Shown: positions 21,428 through 31,691, counted from the stretch's first letter. The stretch is DNA of 64,000 bases from Candidatus Multivoradales bacterium (GCA_965223155.1 CBDCVR010000013.1:448001-512000), one strand, 5' to 3'. Program-made: numbers and translations. Notes: generated by a model from the letters alone, not told the origin.

Positions 21428-22624
21428 CTACCAGTCGGTGTAGCCGGCGCGGGTGCGAACGCTGGCGCCGCCGTCGACGCGGACCCGGACGTTGTGCCAG
21501 GAGCCGTCGTTGCGCCGCTCGGAGGGGTAGTACCCGATCACGTACTGCCCGCGAAGCTCCGCCAGGATCTCTCCAAAGGCTCCGGCCAACTCGTCCGGAT
21601 CCTGCACGATCTGGATTCGTCCACCGCTCTCGTCAACCGCCCGGCGCAGCCTCCGGAACTCGGTTCGGTTGCCGTCGACGTCCCGCCATGAGCTCGTATA
21701 GGTGGGAATGGCCTCGGGGTCCGGAGCGTGGGTCAGGTAGATCCAGTAGATGAGGCTGGCGCTCCGGCGCGCCTTCTCCAGGACGTCGTCCATGCCCAGT
21801 ACGCTGTGCACGTCGGCACCGTCGGAGAACACGACCAGAACGCGCCGGCCTTGCTGGCGCTCCACCTGCTGCAGCGCGAGGAAGAGATGATCGGTGAGCG
21901 CGGTGCCGCCGGCGGCAACGACGTCTTCGAGCGCCGGCGCCAGCTCCGCTGCCGAATCCTCGAATCCGGTCGCCCGGAGCAACTGGTCCGAAAACAGCAT
22001 CACGCTCACCTCGTCCAGTTCGCGCATGCCGTTCAAGAAGACTCGAGCGCCTTCGAGGGCGCCGTCCAACCGCTCGCCCGTCATGCTGAGACTGCTGTCC
22101 AGCAGCAGCACCGCTGTCAGCGGTACGTCGCCGCGCTCGAACGTCACGATCTTCTGCGGAGTGCCCTCGTCCAAGACGCGAAAATCGCCGCGCTCGAGAT
22201 CCAGCCGGCGCCGGCCGCCTTCGGTGACGGTCACGTAGAGCTGCTGCAGCTCGATGTCCACGAGCTCATCGACGCGGAGCTTGGGTGTCGTAATCCGGCC
22301 TCTGGCCTGCGAGCCCGAGACCGTCTCGAGCACGACCTCGAAAACATGTTCGACGTTGTCCTGGCCGACGTCCACCAGGGCCTGGTACGGCGGACTGGTC
22401 ACCCGCATTTCGGACTTGCCATCGACCAGAAAGTCGACGTGCCGGACAGGCTCGTCCGAAACCGCCGTGGCCACGACCTCGACCAAACCGGAGACAAAAT
22501 CGGTGCCGAGTGGATAGTCGATGAAGATCCGTGGCTCTTCGGCTAGGGCCGGCCGAGCGAACCCCAAGAGCAGGACGCCGGCGACCAGCGCTCGTCCCGC
22601 CACTCGCCACATTCGCCGGCTCAC
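21428..22624 (-). CDS. Secreted Ig-like plus VWA domain protein
   Basis: Signal peptide; Big-like VDFLVDG; MIDAS DSSLSM, GGTALTD, VFSDGAD; ELRGQYVIGY...VRTRAGY. Confidence 0.9.
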   Translation of the reverse strand: MSRRMWRVAGRALVAGVLLLGFARPALAEEPRIFIDYPLGTDFVSGLVEVVATAVSDEPVRHVDFLVDGKSEMRVTSPPYQALVDVGQDNVEHVFEVVLETVSGSQARGRITTPKLRVDELVDIELQQLYVTVTEGGRRRLDLERGDFRVLDEGTPQKIVTFERGDVPLTAVLLLDSSLSMTGERLDGALEGARVFLNGMRELDEVSVMLFSDQLLRATGFEDSAAELAPALEDVVAAGGTALTDHLFLALQQVERQQGRRVLVVFSDGADVHSVLGMDDVLEKARRSASLIYWIYLTHAPDPEAIPTYTSSWRDVDGNRTEFRRLRRAVDESGGRIQIVQDPDELAGAFGEILAELRGQYVIGYYPSERRNDGSWHNVRVRVDGGASVRTRAGYTDW

Positions 22625-23748
22625 GAAGCGTCCTCCCCGTCTTCCTCCCCGCCCAGCCCCAGGCCGGAAGCCAGAAGAGGCAGCCGGTCGGTCATGGCCT
22701 GGATGAGCCCCGCGCGGGCTTCCTCGAGTCCGGCCCTGGGGTAGGAGTCGTAGATCTGGCGCGGGCCCGAGCCGCTGGCCGTCTGCTCGCTCAACCGATT
22801 GAGGAGATTCCAGGCCTCGGTCCGACGCTTCGAACCCTCGAGCAGCCGGATCAGCTGAAGGGTCAGGTTCTGGTCACCGGGCAGTTCCTCCAGCGCGCCC
22901 CGGAGCACGGTCTCGGCCGCGTCCACTCGACCGAGTTGGATCAGAAGGCGGGCGCGCTCCTGCGCCGCGATCGAGCGGATCCATTCCGCCGTCGCCTCGC
23001 TCGCCAGGCGCTCCAGGTCCCGTAGCGCGGCTTGCTGGGTCGCGTCCTGCGCTTCCGAGGCCAGCTTCGGCACGAGCCGAACTCGACATAGCGTCAGTCT
23101 CAGCTCGGCCTCCTCGAAACCCGGCCGCATTTCCAGCAAGCGCTCGAAGTATTCGACCGCCCGCTCGTACTCGCCGCCCTTTTCGAAATTGGCCCCCAGG
23201 CTCCAGATCGCGAAGACATTGCGCGGGTCCAGGGCGACGGCCTTGTAGAAGAACTCGGTCGAGCCCGCGAGCGCACGCTGCTCCTGCAAGTTCGCGGCGA
23301 AGCTGATCCGGACCCAGGCGGCGAAGTCGCGGGCAGCGCGCGAGTCCCCCTTCTCGGCGTAGAAGTCCGCCAGCTCGGTGGCCATGACCCGGGCGTGCCC
23401 GGCGAGGACGCCGCGGCCGTTCTCGAGATAGTGCTGGTAGGCCTCGTGGTGCAGCATCACGACCGGTATCAGGATGTCGGGAGGCTGGCCGTCCAACACT
23501 TCGCGCAGCACACCCAGCTTGAGCTTCCAGAAGGCCTCCAACCGCTTCTGATTCGGATCCGAGCCGAAAGCCTCGTGCTCGAGCTTAGCTAGCGGCGCCA
23601 GAGCCGGCTCGACACCCTCGGCCGCCAGGGTCCTGAGCACCGCCCGGTACCGAAGTTGGACCGTCCTGGGCCTGAGCGCGGCGCTCAACTGCGCGCTTGC
23701 GAGAAGCACGAGACCGGCGAAAACTAGGAAGGTGGATCGGCGAGGCAC
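22621..23748 (-). CDS. Secreted TPR-repeat protein
   Basis: Signal peptide after GTG 23748 (start inferred); TPR pattern KAVALDPRNVFAIWSLG...GEYERAVEYFERLLEMRP; stop overlaps the VWA gene start. Confidence 0.8.
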   Translation of the reverse strand: MPRRSTFLVFAGLVLLASAQLSAALRPRTVQLRYRAVLRTLAAEGVEPALAPLAKLEHEAFGSDPNQKRLEAFWKLKLGVLREVLDGQPPDILIPVVMLHHEAYQHYLENGRGVLAGHARVMATELADFYAEKGDSRAARDFAAWVRISFAANLQEQRALAGSTEFFYKAVALDPRNVFAIWSLGANFEKGGEYERAVEYFERLLEMRPGFEEAELRLTLCRVRLVPKLASEAQDATQQAALRDLERLASEATAEWIRSIAAQERARLLIQLGRVDAAETVLRGALEELPGDQNLTLQLIRLLEGSKRRTEAWNLLNRLSEQTASGSGPRQIYDSYPRAGLEEARAGLIQAMTDRLPLLASGLGLGGEEDGEDAS

Positions 23749-23952
23749 GATGGTTTGGAACGTCCGCCCGGCGGGTTGGGGGGTCCGGGCGTGGACGGAA
23801 AAATACCACAAAGCACCACCTCCGAGCACGTGGTAACGTCCGGCGCTCAAGGCCCCCCGCAACTCGGCCCACGCTCCTCTGGAACCGCAGCGGCCGCTTC
23901 GCACGCTGCGCCCGAGGGCCATCCGCTCGCAAGCCGCTCCGGCACGTCACGA

Positions 23953-26037
23953 ATGACCGAACAACCCGAACGCCTCGAAAAGCAGCTCGGGTTCTTCTCC
24001 ATCTACGCCATCGCCACCGGTACTACGCTGAGCGCCGGGATTTTTCTGCTGCCGGGCATTGCGGCCCTCCAGGCGGGACCCGCGTTGGTCCTCTCCTACC
24101 TCCTGGCGGTGGTACCGCTGATCCCGGCCACCTGCAGCATCTTGGAGCTCTCGACCGCGCTTCCCCGCGCCGGAGGCGTCTACTATTTCCTGGACCGAAG
24201 CTTGGGGCCGGCGGTGGGCTCGGTCGGCGGCTGGGGGACCTGGCTGGCGCTGCTCCTCAAAGTGGCCTTCGCGTTGGTCGGGATGGGTGCGTACATCGCG
24301 CTGTTTCAGCCGGACCTGCCGATTCGCCCTCTGGCGATCGCGATCGCCCTTGCCCTGGGCGGACTCAATCTCTTTGGCGCGCGCAAGAGCGGCCAGGTGC
24401 AGCTCTTGCTCGTGGTCGGGCTCCTGGTCGTCTTGACTGGCTTCATCGCCATGGGTCTGGTGCGCATGGAGCCAACGCACTTCAATGACTTCACCGCTGC
24501 CGGACTGGACGGCATCGTGGCCACCGCCGGCTTGGTGTTCATCAGTTACGTCGGCGTGACCAAGGTCGCGAGCCTGTCCGAGGAAGTCGCCGATCCGGAG
24601 CGGACGCTACCCGTGGCAGTCTTCCTGGCGCTGGCCACCGCCGTGCTCATCTATGGCCTTGCGACTCTGGTCCTGGTCGGGGTGCTGCCGCTGCCCGAGT
24701 TCCAAGGCGACTTGACGCCGATGGCCTCCGCCGCCGACCGCATCCTGGGCCGCTGGGGCCTGGTGCTGGTCTCAGCCGCCGCGCTCGCCGCCTTCACCTC
24801 GGTCGCGAACGCCGGCACCCTGTCCTCCTCCCGCTATCCGCTCGCCATGAGTCGCGACCATCTGATGCCGCCGCTCTTTCGCCGGCTGAACAGCGCCAAG
24901 GTGCCGTATGCCAGCGTTGCTCTATCGACTTTGGTTCTGGTCGTGATCCTCACGTTTCTGGACGTCGCCAAGATCGCCAAGCTGGCGAGCTCGTTTCAAC
25001 TCCTCATGTTCGCCCTGGTTTGCCTGGCGGTAATCGTCCTACGCGAAAGCCGGCTCGAGGCCTACGACCCGGGATTTCGCTCGCCTCTCTACCCCTGGAT
25101 GCAGCTCTTCGGGATCGCCGCCTCGGTCGTCATGATCTGGAGCATGGGTCCACTGACCAAGTACTTCAGTCTCGGCTTCGTCGCCGCCGGCCTCCTTTGG
25201 TATCGCTTCTACGCCCACGGCAAGGTCTCCAGAAGCGGCGCCATCTACCACCTGCTGGCCCGCATCGCGAACCGGCGGCTGGACCTCGGCCTGGAATCGG
25301 AGCTGCGCCAACTCCTGCGGGAAAAGGGCCTGCGCGATGACGATCCGTTCGAGAGCACTGTCACCGCTGCGCGCTTCGTGGATCTGGACGACGAGGAGCC
25401 GGTCTTCGACGACATCACCATGGCGGTCGCGGACTCGCTCGAACTGGACGTCCCCGCCAGCCGCGACGAGCTCAATTCCGGCTTCCTGGAGGGCAACCGC
25501 CTGGGCACCACCTTGGTCGCCGACGGCGCCGCGATGCCCCATCTGCGCCTCTTCGGGATCGAACGGCCGGAACTGGTCATCGTCCGTGCCCGGCGGGGCG
25601 TCCAGGTGGACGTGACCGACGTTCACGGCGAGCATTCCCACACCGAGCCCGCTTACGCTCTCTTCTACCTGGTCAGCCCCGAGGAGAATCCCCAGCAGCA
25701 CTTCCGAATCCTGGCCGAGCTGGCCGAGCGGGTGGCCTCAGCCGGCTTTGTCGAGGCCTGGCGGCGAGCGGACGACGAGCAGAGCGTCAAAGAGATCCTC
25801 TTGCGTGACGAGCACTTTCTCTCGGTCCGCATCCGCTCTGGAGCGCCCAGCGGCGAGTTCATCGGCCGGACCATTCGCGAGATCTCGCTGGGAGACGACG
25901 TGCTCATCGCCTTGATCCATCGCCAGGGCGAGATCACCGTACCGCGCGGCCAGGTGGTCCTTCAGGAGCACGACCGGCTGACCCTGCTAGGAGAGCCGAC
26001 GCGCATCCTGAGCCTGCGAGAGCGGTTCTCGCCGTAG
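23953..26037 (+). CDS. APC-superfamily permease fused to PTS EIIA-like and RCK-C (TrkA-C) domains
   Basis: GIFLLPG, ELSTALPRAGG, SYVGVTKVASLSEEVADPERTLP, SRYPLAMSRD; EIIA GTTLVADGAAMPH...HFRILAELA; RCK-C IGRTIREI...PRGQVVLQEHDRL. Confidence 0.9.
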   Translation: MTEQPERLEKQLGFFSIYAIATGTTLSAGIFLLPGIAALQAGPALVLSYLLAVVPLIPATCSILELSTALPRAGGVYYFLDRSLGPAVGSVGGWGTWLALLLKVAFALVGMGAYIALFQPDLPIRPLAIAIALALGGLNLFGARKSGQVQLLLVVGLLVVLTGFIAMGLVRMEPTHFNDFTAAGLDGIVATAGLVFISYVGVTKVASLSEEVADPERTLPVAVFLALATAVLIYGLATLVLVGVLPLPEFQGDLTPMASAADRILGRWGLVLVSAAALAAFTSVANAGTLSSSRYPLAMSRDHLMPPLFRRLNSAKVPYASVALSTLVLVVILTFLDVAKIAKLASSFQLLMFALVCLAVIVLRESRLEAYDPGFRSPLYPWMQLFGIAASVVMIWSMGPLTKYFSLGFVAAGLLWYRFYAHGKVSRSGAIYHLLARIANRRLDLGLESELRQLLREKGLRDDDPFESTVTAARFVDLDDEEPVFDDITMAVADSLELDVPASRDELNSGFLEGNRLGTTLVADGAAMPHLRLFGIERPELVIVRARRGVQVDVTDVHGEHSHTEPAYALFYLVSPEENPQQHFRILAELAERVASAGFVEAWRRADDEQSVKEILLRDEHFLSVRIRSGAPSGEFIGRTIREISLGDDVLIALIHRQGEITVPRGQVVLQEHDRLTLLGEPTRILSLRERFSP

Positions 26038-26081
26038 ACTCGCCCACTCAAGCGTCATTGGCGCCTCTCTTGGCGGGACGA

Positions 26082-27650
26082 TCAGGCCAGGAGCAGCGGC
26101 AGGCGCTCGATTGCCGTAGCCTGGGACAACCCCAGCAGGTGAGCGCCCCGGACCACCGCGTCGAGATCGACCGGGTACAGGTTCCGGCGGCCGGGCTCGG
26201 CCAGGCCGGCCAGATTCCAAGGCTCGATCGCCCGCCGGATCCACCGCTCGAAAGACTCGTCCCGGTTCTCGAAGTCCGAGGCCGCGAGACGACGACATGC
26301 CTCATCCAGCAGGGCCTCCCGCTCGGGCCGGCCGCCTCCCAGGAATCCCGACCAATGAGCCCGCTCGCGTCGCTCCAGCAGCATCCGTTGCTCCACTTCA
26401 GCAAAGCTCACCAGCGAGAAGTACAGGAGCGCGTGGGCGATGGCGCGGCCAGGACGCTCGCGTGCCAGGTAGGCACCATGGACCAGCCGTTCGATCTGAT
26501 CGGCCTCGGCGGCGAGAAGCGCGGCGTAGCGGCCGGTGTCGGGCTCGTCCCCGCACAAGATCTCGGACAGGCGCTCCACCGCGATCAGGGTCCAAGCGAT
26601 GCCGGTGGAGAACAGCGGTTCGAAGAATGCGTAGGCGTGCGGCAAGGCCGCCCAGGAGACGCCGGCGGGCCGCTCACGACGGTACTGGAGCTCGGGCACC
26701 GAGCGCCAGGGACGGATCGGCCGAGCGGTCTCGAACACCTCGGCCAAGGTGGGATACCGGGCCACGACTCGCGTCCACAGCGCCTTGGGCTCCCGCTTGG
26801 AGAGCGCGGCCCGGGCCTCTCGATCGATGGTAACCAGGCCCACGCTCGTCACCCCGCCATCAAAGGGAAGAAGGTAGATCCAGCCCTCGTCCACGAAGTG
26901 ATGCACCGCGGCCCGAAACTCCGCATACGGCCCCGGCTCCGCACCCCTCAAGACGGGCGGCGCGGCCTCGACGCCTTCGAGATGGCTGAAGAGCAGTCCC
27001 GACCGGAAGCGCGCCGGGCGCGGGCGGCGTTCGGCGCCCAGGGTTTGGCTCACGACTCCAGCCCTCCCGGACGCATCGACCACGAATCCCGCCCGGACGG
27101 CCTCAGTCGGACCGCGGTTGTCCGTCGAGGCTAGCTCCAGACGCATTCCACCCGGCTCCACCACGACGTCGACGACCTCGGTGTTCTCACGGAGCTCGAC
27201 CCCGCGATCCCGGGCCCGGGCCGCCAGGAACGCGTCTACGTCGGCCCGCAGCCAGTGCGTGTCGGCCAGCTCATCGTCAGGCGAAGCCGCCACCAGGAGG
27301 CGCCGGCCGGCGGCCGGGTCCGGATCGAACCGCTGCCCGGGCCGATGCCACCAGAACGTGAAGCCGCGCTTGAGGCCGCGCTCGAGCTCGGGTCGCCGCT
27401 TGCGCCAGCGCCCATAGGTGGCCAGATCGCGAAGCTCCGGGAACTCGTACCTCCCGGCCAGGCGTTGGAGGCTCAGGTTGGCAAGCGGCGTCGTCGACTC
27501 ACCCAGGGCAAAGCGCGGATGCCTTCCCCGCTCAACCACGAGGACCCTCCGTCCCCGAGAAGCCAGGCAGCCTCCCAGTATCGTGCCCCCGAAACCGCCG
27601 CCCACGATGGCGACGTCGTACCGGTCCCCGGCTCGGCCTCCGCTCATCAT
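26082..27650 (-). CDS. Flavin-dependent halogenase-like oxidoreductase
   Basis: DVAIVGGGFGG, HPRFALGESTTP, GLKRGF (putative catalytic Lys), VVDASGR, GWIYLLP (variant WxWxIP), FFEPLFSTG (FxxPxxSxG). ATG overlaps the upstream stop. Confidence 0.8.
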   Translation of the reverse strand: MMSGGRAGDRYDVAIVGGGFGGTILGGCLASRGRRVLVVERGRHPRFALGESTTPLANLSLQRLAGRYEFPELRDLATYGRWRKRRPELERGLKRGFTFWWHRPGQRFDPDPAAGRRLLVAASPDDELADTHWLRADVDAFLAARARDRGVELRENTEVVDVVVEPGGMRLELASTDNRGPTEAVRAGFVVDASGRAGVVSQTLGAERRPRPARFRSGLLFSHLEGVEAAPPVLRGAEPGPYAEFRAAVHHFVDEGWIYLLPFDGGVTSVGLVTIDREARAALSKREPKALWTRVVARYPTLAEVFETARPIRPWRSVPELQYRRERPAGVSWAALPHAYAFFEPLFSTGIAWTLIAVERLSEILCGDEPDTGRYAALLAAEADQIERLVHGAYLARERPGRAIAHALLYFSLVSFAEVEQRMLLERRERAHWSGFLGGGRPEREALLDEACRRLAASDFENRDESFERWIRRAIEPWNLAGLAEPGRRNLYPVDLDAVVRGAHLLGLSQATAIERLPLLLA

Positions 27651-28669
27651 CCGTGCGGTTGGGCCGGCGGCTGCCCAGCGGCCGGACCGGACGGACAATC
27701 TGGGCAGGGAGCTCCGTCGAGGACCTCCGCGGCGCCGCTCTCGGCCGCCTCCATGAGTCGAGCCAGCCGCGCTTCCGAGCAGGACGGGCAGCGGCCGAAC
27801 GAGGCGAGATCCCAGGTGTCCAGCAGGACGGTTCCGCCAGTGAGTCCCAGAGCCCGGCCGAACACCCTTTCGACCTCGGCCAGGTCCGGCGCCCGGAATT
27901 CCCCCCCCTCGGCCAGCCGCTCCAGCGCGCCGTTGCCTCCTCGCACGGGGATTAGCGAGACGGTCTCGACACCGTGCTCGAAGGCGTAGGCCGCGCTCAG
28001 CACCGGCCAATGCTCCCGCTCCGACTCCGGCACATACGGGGCGCCGACGAGGACGAACGCCCGTACCGGAATCCCGCTCGCGTCCAGGAATTCGAGAGCC
28101 CGATCGAAGTCGTCGCGACTCATTGCCTTGTTCAGCCGCGGTAGCGCCCGAGGATGGATCGTCTCGAGACCGATGGCCACCTCCAGGCATCCACCCAGAG
28201 CTTCATGAAAGCGCGTAACGCCGGGGCCCAAGAAGGCGGGGTGGCATTCCGCCACCACCCGCTCGTATCCCGCGCACAGGCCCGCCAGGGCGCCCAAGTC
28301 CTCCTCGGGCACGGCGCGCGGATCGAAGAAGTTCGAGGCGTTGTAGAGCTTGAGGCGGGCTCCCGGCGGCGGCTCGCCCGCCTCCCGCAGAACCGCGTCG
28401 AGCTGTCGCGGCAACACTCCGGGCGGCGTCGGCCCCTCCAGCGTGTGCTGCCACAGGTCGCAGAAAACGCACGAGAACGGACACTCGGCGCCGGCCAGAA
28501 ACACGGTCACCGAACGGACCTTCCGGCCGCCGGCCCGCTCCTTCTCGATCAACGTACCGATAGCCGCATTGGGATCGGGCGGCCGCTTGGCTTCCCGCAG
28601 GCTTCGAACCCACCGGCCCGCGCCGGCCGTCTGGCTTCCGACCCGGGCGGCGTCCCCGGGCCCGGTCAC
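27647..28669 (-). CDS. Radical SAM protein resembling the archaeosine-pathway RaSEA family
   Basis: CPFSCVFC (CX3CX2C); KLYNASNFFD, AECHP, LEVAIGLETIHP, LNK motifs recall RaSEA; GTG 28669 overlaps the upstream TGA. Confidence 0.8.
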   Translation of the reverse strand: MTGPGDAARVGSQTAGAGRWVRSLREAKRPPDPNAAIGTLIEKERAGGRKVRSVTVFLAGAECPFSCVFCDLWQHTLEGPTPPGVLPRQLDAVLREAGEPPPGARLKLYNASNFFDPRAVPEEDLGALAGLCAGYERVVAECHPAFLGPGVTRFHEALGGCLEVAIGLETIHPRALPRLNKAMSRDDFDRALEFLDASGIPVRAFVLVGAPYVPESEREHWPVLSAAYAFEHGVETVSLIPVRGGNGALERLAEGGEFRAPDLAEVERVFGRALGLTGGTVLLDTWDLASFGRCPSCSEARLARLMEAAESGAAEVLDGAPCPDCPSGPAAGQPPAQPHG

Positions 28670-30012
28670 GCCCGCCGCGGGCTCGGATCGGCGTAGAGCG
28701 AGGTGAAGTGCCGGCGATAGGCCTCTGCGCTCGCCCCGAAGATCCGCGCGAAGTCGTCGCCGGAAGTCGCGCCGGTCTGAAAGCGGCACTTGGGGAAGAC
28801 CGGCATTTCGAATCCGAGAACCGAGCGTACGCCGCTCGCCACGATCTCGCCCTTGAGGGCGTAGAGGCGCTCGTGGTCGCCGTCCGCCAGCTCGGAAAAG
28901 GGAATCGCCGAGGCGATCTCGACCAGACGCGGTGACGTGTAGGGGCTAAACCCGACGAAGCCCAGCCTGCGGGCGGGCGCGAAGGTGCGTACGCAACCGC
29001 GGCTCAAGCCGCCACTGTAGGTCAGCGAGTGCTTGATGCAGTCGACGCCCCATCCCTCCTGGTACAGCATCGGGTTGTTGACTACGCTCCGGATGGTGAG
29101 CTCGGGATTTTCCTCGATCGGGTAGTCCTTCAGGTTTTCGTCGCCGCCGTCGCCATCGATCAGGAAGGTCCAGTCCGCATACCGGGCTCGCAACGCCTCC
29201 AGAAGGGCCAGATTCACCGCCGCGCACTCCACGTCCCGAGGCTTGTAGTCCTCAATCGCTTCGATCGCTCGGAGCGGATCCACCGCGCCCGCCGGGACCT
29301 CGATCGGCTCCAGGAAAAGCTCCAGATCCAGTGCGGAGAGAAAGGCGCGGGACTGCTCCAGATCGCTGCCCCCGCCGTCCACGGCAAGGGTGAAGGCCTT
29401 GAGCCTGGCCGGAGACTGACCGCGCTCCAGCAGACCGCGGTACACCGACAGAAACACCGAGCCACTGTCGATTCCCCCGGAGAACAGGACACCGATGGGC
29501 TCGCGCTCGGGCTGAGAGTCCAGCCAGTGCCCCACCTGGGTGTGAAGCGCACCGACGTAGCTGTGCCCGATGGCATCGACCTTGGCCGTCAGGGCCGCGG
29601 GCCGCTCGGCCACGAAGCGGACATGCTCCGGATTGGGATCGGGACAGCCGATGAGCCGGAGCGAGGTGACGTGATGCGCGGGCACCATCCGCGTGTAGGA
29701 CGGATGGAACTGCTCCGCGTACCCCTCCTCCGCCAGGGTCGTCTCGATCTCGGCGATCGACTCGGCAACTACCAGGAGCGGCCCCTCGACTTCCTTCGCC
29801 AGAAAGTAGCGCAGGGGACGATCCAGGGAGCGAGCCAAGAACACCACCTCGTCACAGCGCGCGGCGAGAGCGAAAGACCCCTCGACCGCGCCAAAGGCTT
29901 CGGCATTGCCCGAGGCCAGGACCTCCCTGGCTTCCTCAACGCTGTGGTGCCATAGACGCTGGCCCTCCGGCCGCGTCCGATCGATCATCCGGGCTACGTA
30001 ATCTGCTCGCAT
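28666..30012 (-). CDS. Asparagine-synthetase-like ATP-dependent amide ligase without an N-terminal glutaminase Cys
   Basis: PP-loop VLFSGGIDS, LKAFTL, DGDGGDE, SPY...LK; degenerate GATase-II remnant (EGSFALA...FLARSLDRPLRYF); SD GAGGAG. Confidence 0.85.
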   Translation of the reverse strand: MRADYVARMIDRTRPEGQRLWHHSVEEAREVLASGNAEAFGAVEGSFALAARCDEVVFLARSLDRPLRYFLAKEVEGPLLVVAESIAEIETTLAEEGYAEQFHPSYTRMVPAHHVTSLRLIGCPDPNPEHVRFVAERPAALTAKVDAIGHSYVGALHTQVGHWLDSQPEREPIGVLFSGGIDSGSVFLSVYRGLLERGQSPARLKAFTLAVDGGGSDLEQSRAFLSALDLELFLEPIEVPAGAVDPLRAIEAIEDYKPRDVECAAVNLALLEALRARYADWTFLIDGDGGDENLKDYPIEENPELTIRSVVNNPMLYQEGWGVDCIKHSLTYSGGLSRGCVRTFAPARRLGFVGFSPYTSPRLVEIASAIPFSELADGDHERLYALKGEIVASGVRSVLGFEMPVFPKCRFQTGATSGDDFARIFGASAEAYRRHFTSLYADPSPRRA

Positions 30013-30057
30013 CGCTCGTCTCCTCGAGGCCGGCACCGAACGTCCGGAGCCGCTGGA

Positions 30058-30066
30058 ATCTTACCA
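30058..30066 (-). promoter_or_regulatory. Extended -10 promoter of the ligase/rSAM/halogenase operon
   Basis: TGGTAAGAT (TGn-TAAGAT) about 45 nt upstream of ATG 30012. Confidence 0.45.
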
Positions 30067-30110
30067 GCGCGACGCCCGCGGGCAGAGCCGACTCGGCAGC
30101 CGTTCCGCCG

Positions 30111-31586
30111 CTACCGGTCAACCCAGTAATTGGGCGCTTCCTTGGTGATCACGACATCGTGGGCGTGGCTCTCCTTGTGCCCCGCTGCCGTCACCCGCGC
30201 CAGCCGGGCCTCGGTTCTGAGCTCCTCGATCGAGGCGCAGCCGGCAAGCCCCATGCCGGCGCGAAGGCCGCCCACGACCTGGGCCAGCATCTGATGCACG
30301 CTTCCCTTGAAGGGGACCATCCCTTCGATGCCTTCGGGCACCATCTTGGCGAGCTCGCCTTCACTGCTCTGGAAGTACCGGTCGGCGCTGCCCTTGCGCA
30401 TGGCCGAAATCGAGCCCATTCCCCGGTGGGCCTTGTACGAGCGGCCTTGGTACAGGATGGTCTCCCCAGGGCTCTCCTCGGTACCCGCAAACAACGAACC
30501 GATCATGACCGAGTGCCCGCCGGCGGCGACCGCCTTGACCACGTCACCCGAGAACTTGATGCCGCCGTCGGCGATCACCGGCAGGTCGTGCTCGGCGGCA
30601 GCCCGGGCGCAATCCAGAACCGCGCTCACCTGGGGCAAACCGGCGCCGGTCACGATCCGGGTGGTGCAGATGGAGCCCGGCCCGATGCCCACCTTGACGC
30701 CGTCGACGCCTCGTTCAGCGAGCGCTCGTACGCCCTCGCCGGTGGCCACGTTCCCCGCCACCAGACGCACCTCGGGCAACGCCTCGCGCAGCCGCGAGAG
30801 CCCGTCTAGGACACCCCAACTGTGGGCGTGCGACGAATCCAGCACCAGGAAGTCCACCTTGGCCGCCACCAGCGCCTGGGCGCGCTCGACCGCGTCGCCC
30901 CCCGAGCCCACCGCGCCGCCGACCCGCAGGCGGCCCAGGTCGTCCTTGCAGGCATTCGGGAACCGTTCGGCCTTTTCGATGTCCTTGACGGTAATCAACC
31001 CCTTGAGCTCGCGGGCTTCGTCGACCACCAGGAGCTTCTCGATCCGGTGCCGGTGGAGCAGCTCCTTCGCCTCTTCCAGGGTCGTGCCCTCGGCAACGGT
31101 TACCAGATCCTGGCTGGTCATCACCGCCTCGATCGGCTGCTCCAGATCGCTCTCGAAGCGCAGGTCCCGATTCGTCAGGATGCCGGCCAGCTTGCCGGAG
31201 GCTTCGGTCACCGGCACGCCCGAGATCTTGTAGCGGGCCATCACCTCCAGGGCTTCCCGCAGTTTCTGGTCCGGGCGCATGGTGACCGGGTCCACGATCA
31301 TGCCGGCCTCGCTACGCTTGACCCGGTCTACCTCCGCGGCCTGATCCGCGATGGTGAGATTCTTGTGGATCACGCCGACGCCGCCCTCCTGAGCCAAGGC
31401 GATGGCGAGCCGAGACTCGGTCACGGTGTCCATCGCCGCCGCCACGATCGGGACGTTGAGATGGATTCCACGGCACAGTCGCGTCCGCAGATCGACCTCG
31501 TTCGGATGGACCCCGGAGTACGCCGGGACCAGCAGCACGTCATCGAAGGTCAGGGCGACGGGAAGATCGGATTTGGGATCGGGCAT
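30111..31586 (-). CDS. guaB: IMP dehydrogenase
   Basis: [21 protein letters not shown] pair, [24 protein letters not shown]. Confidence 0.98.
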   Translation of the reverse strand: MPDPKSDLPVALTFDDVLLVPAYSGVHPNEVDLRTRLCRGIHLNVPIVAAAMDTVTESRLAIALAQEGGVGVIHKNLTIADQAAEVDRVKRSEAGMIVDPVTMRPDQKLREALEVMARYKISGVPVTEASGKLAGILTNRDLRFESDLEQPIEAVMTSQDLVTVAEGTTLEEAKELLHRHRIEKLLVVDEARELKGLITVKDIEKAERFPNACKDDLGRLRVGGAVGSGGDAVERAQALVAAKVDFLVLDSSHAHSWGVLDGLSRLREALPEVRLVAGNVATGEGVRALAERGVDGVKVGIGPGSICTTRIVTGAGLPQVSAVLDCARAAAEHDLPVIADGGIKFSGDVVKAVAAGGHSVMIGSLFAGTEESPGETILYQGRSYKAHRGMGSISAMRKGSADRYFQSSEGELAKMVPEGIEGMVPFKGSVHQMLAQVVGGLRAGMGLAGCASIEELRTEARLARVTAAGHKESHAHDVVITKEAPNYWVDR

Positions 31587-31691
31587 CGCTCGCCAGGGGT
31601 TGCCGGAGAGTATCAGAGGACGGAGAGTCGGACGCCGCCTTACACGGCTCAGGGGAATCCCGGGTCGGGGCGGCGAGCCGCGGTGCTCCTC

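Noticed and set aside
26082-30110. RiPP (lasso peptide) interpretation of the ligase/rSAM operon
   Set aside because: No precursor ORF, RRE/PqqD domain, B protease or SPASM domain is visible.
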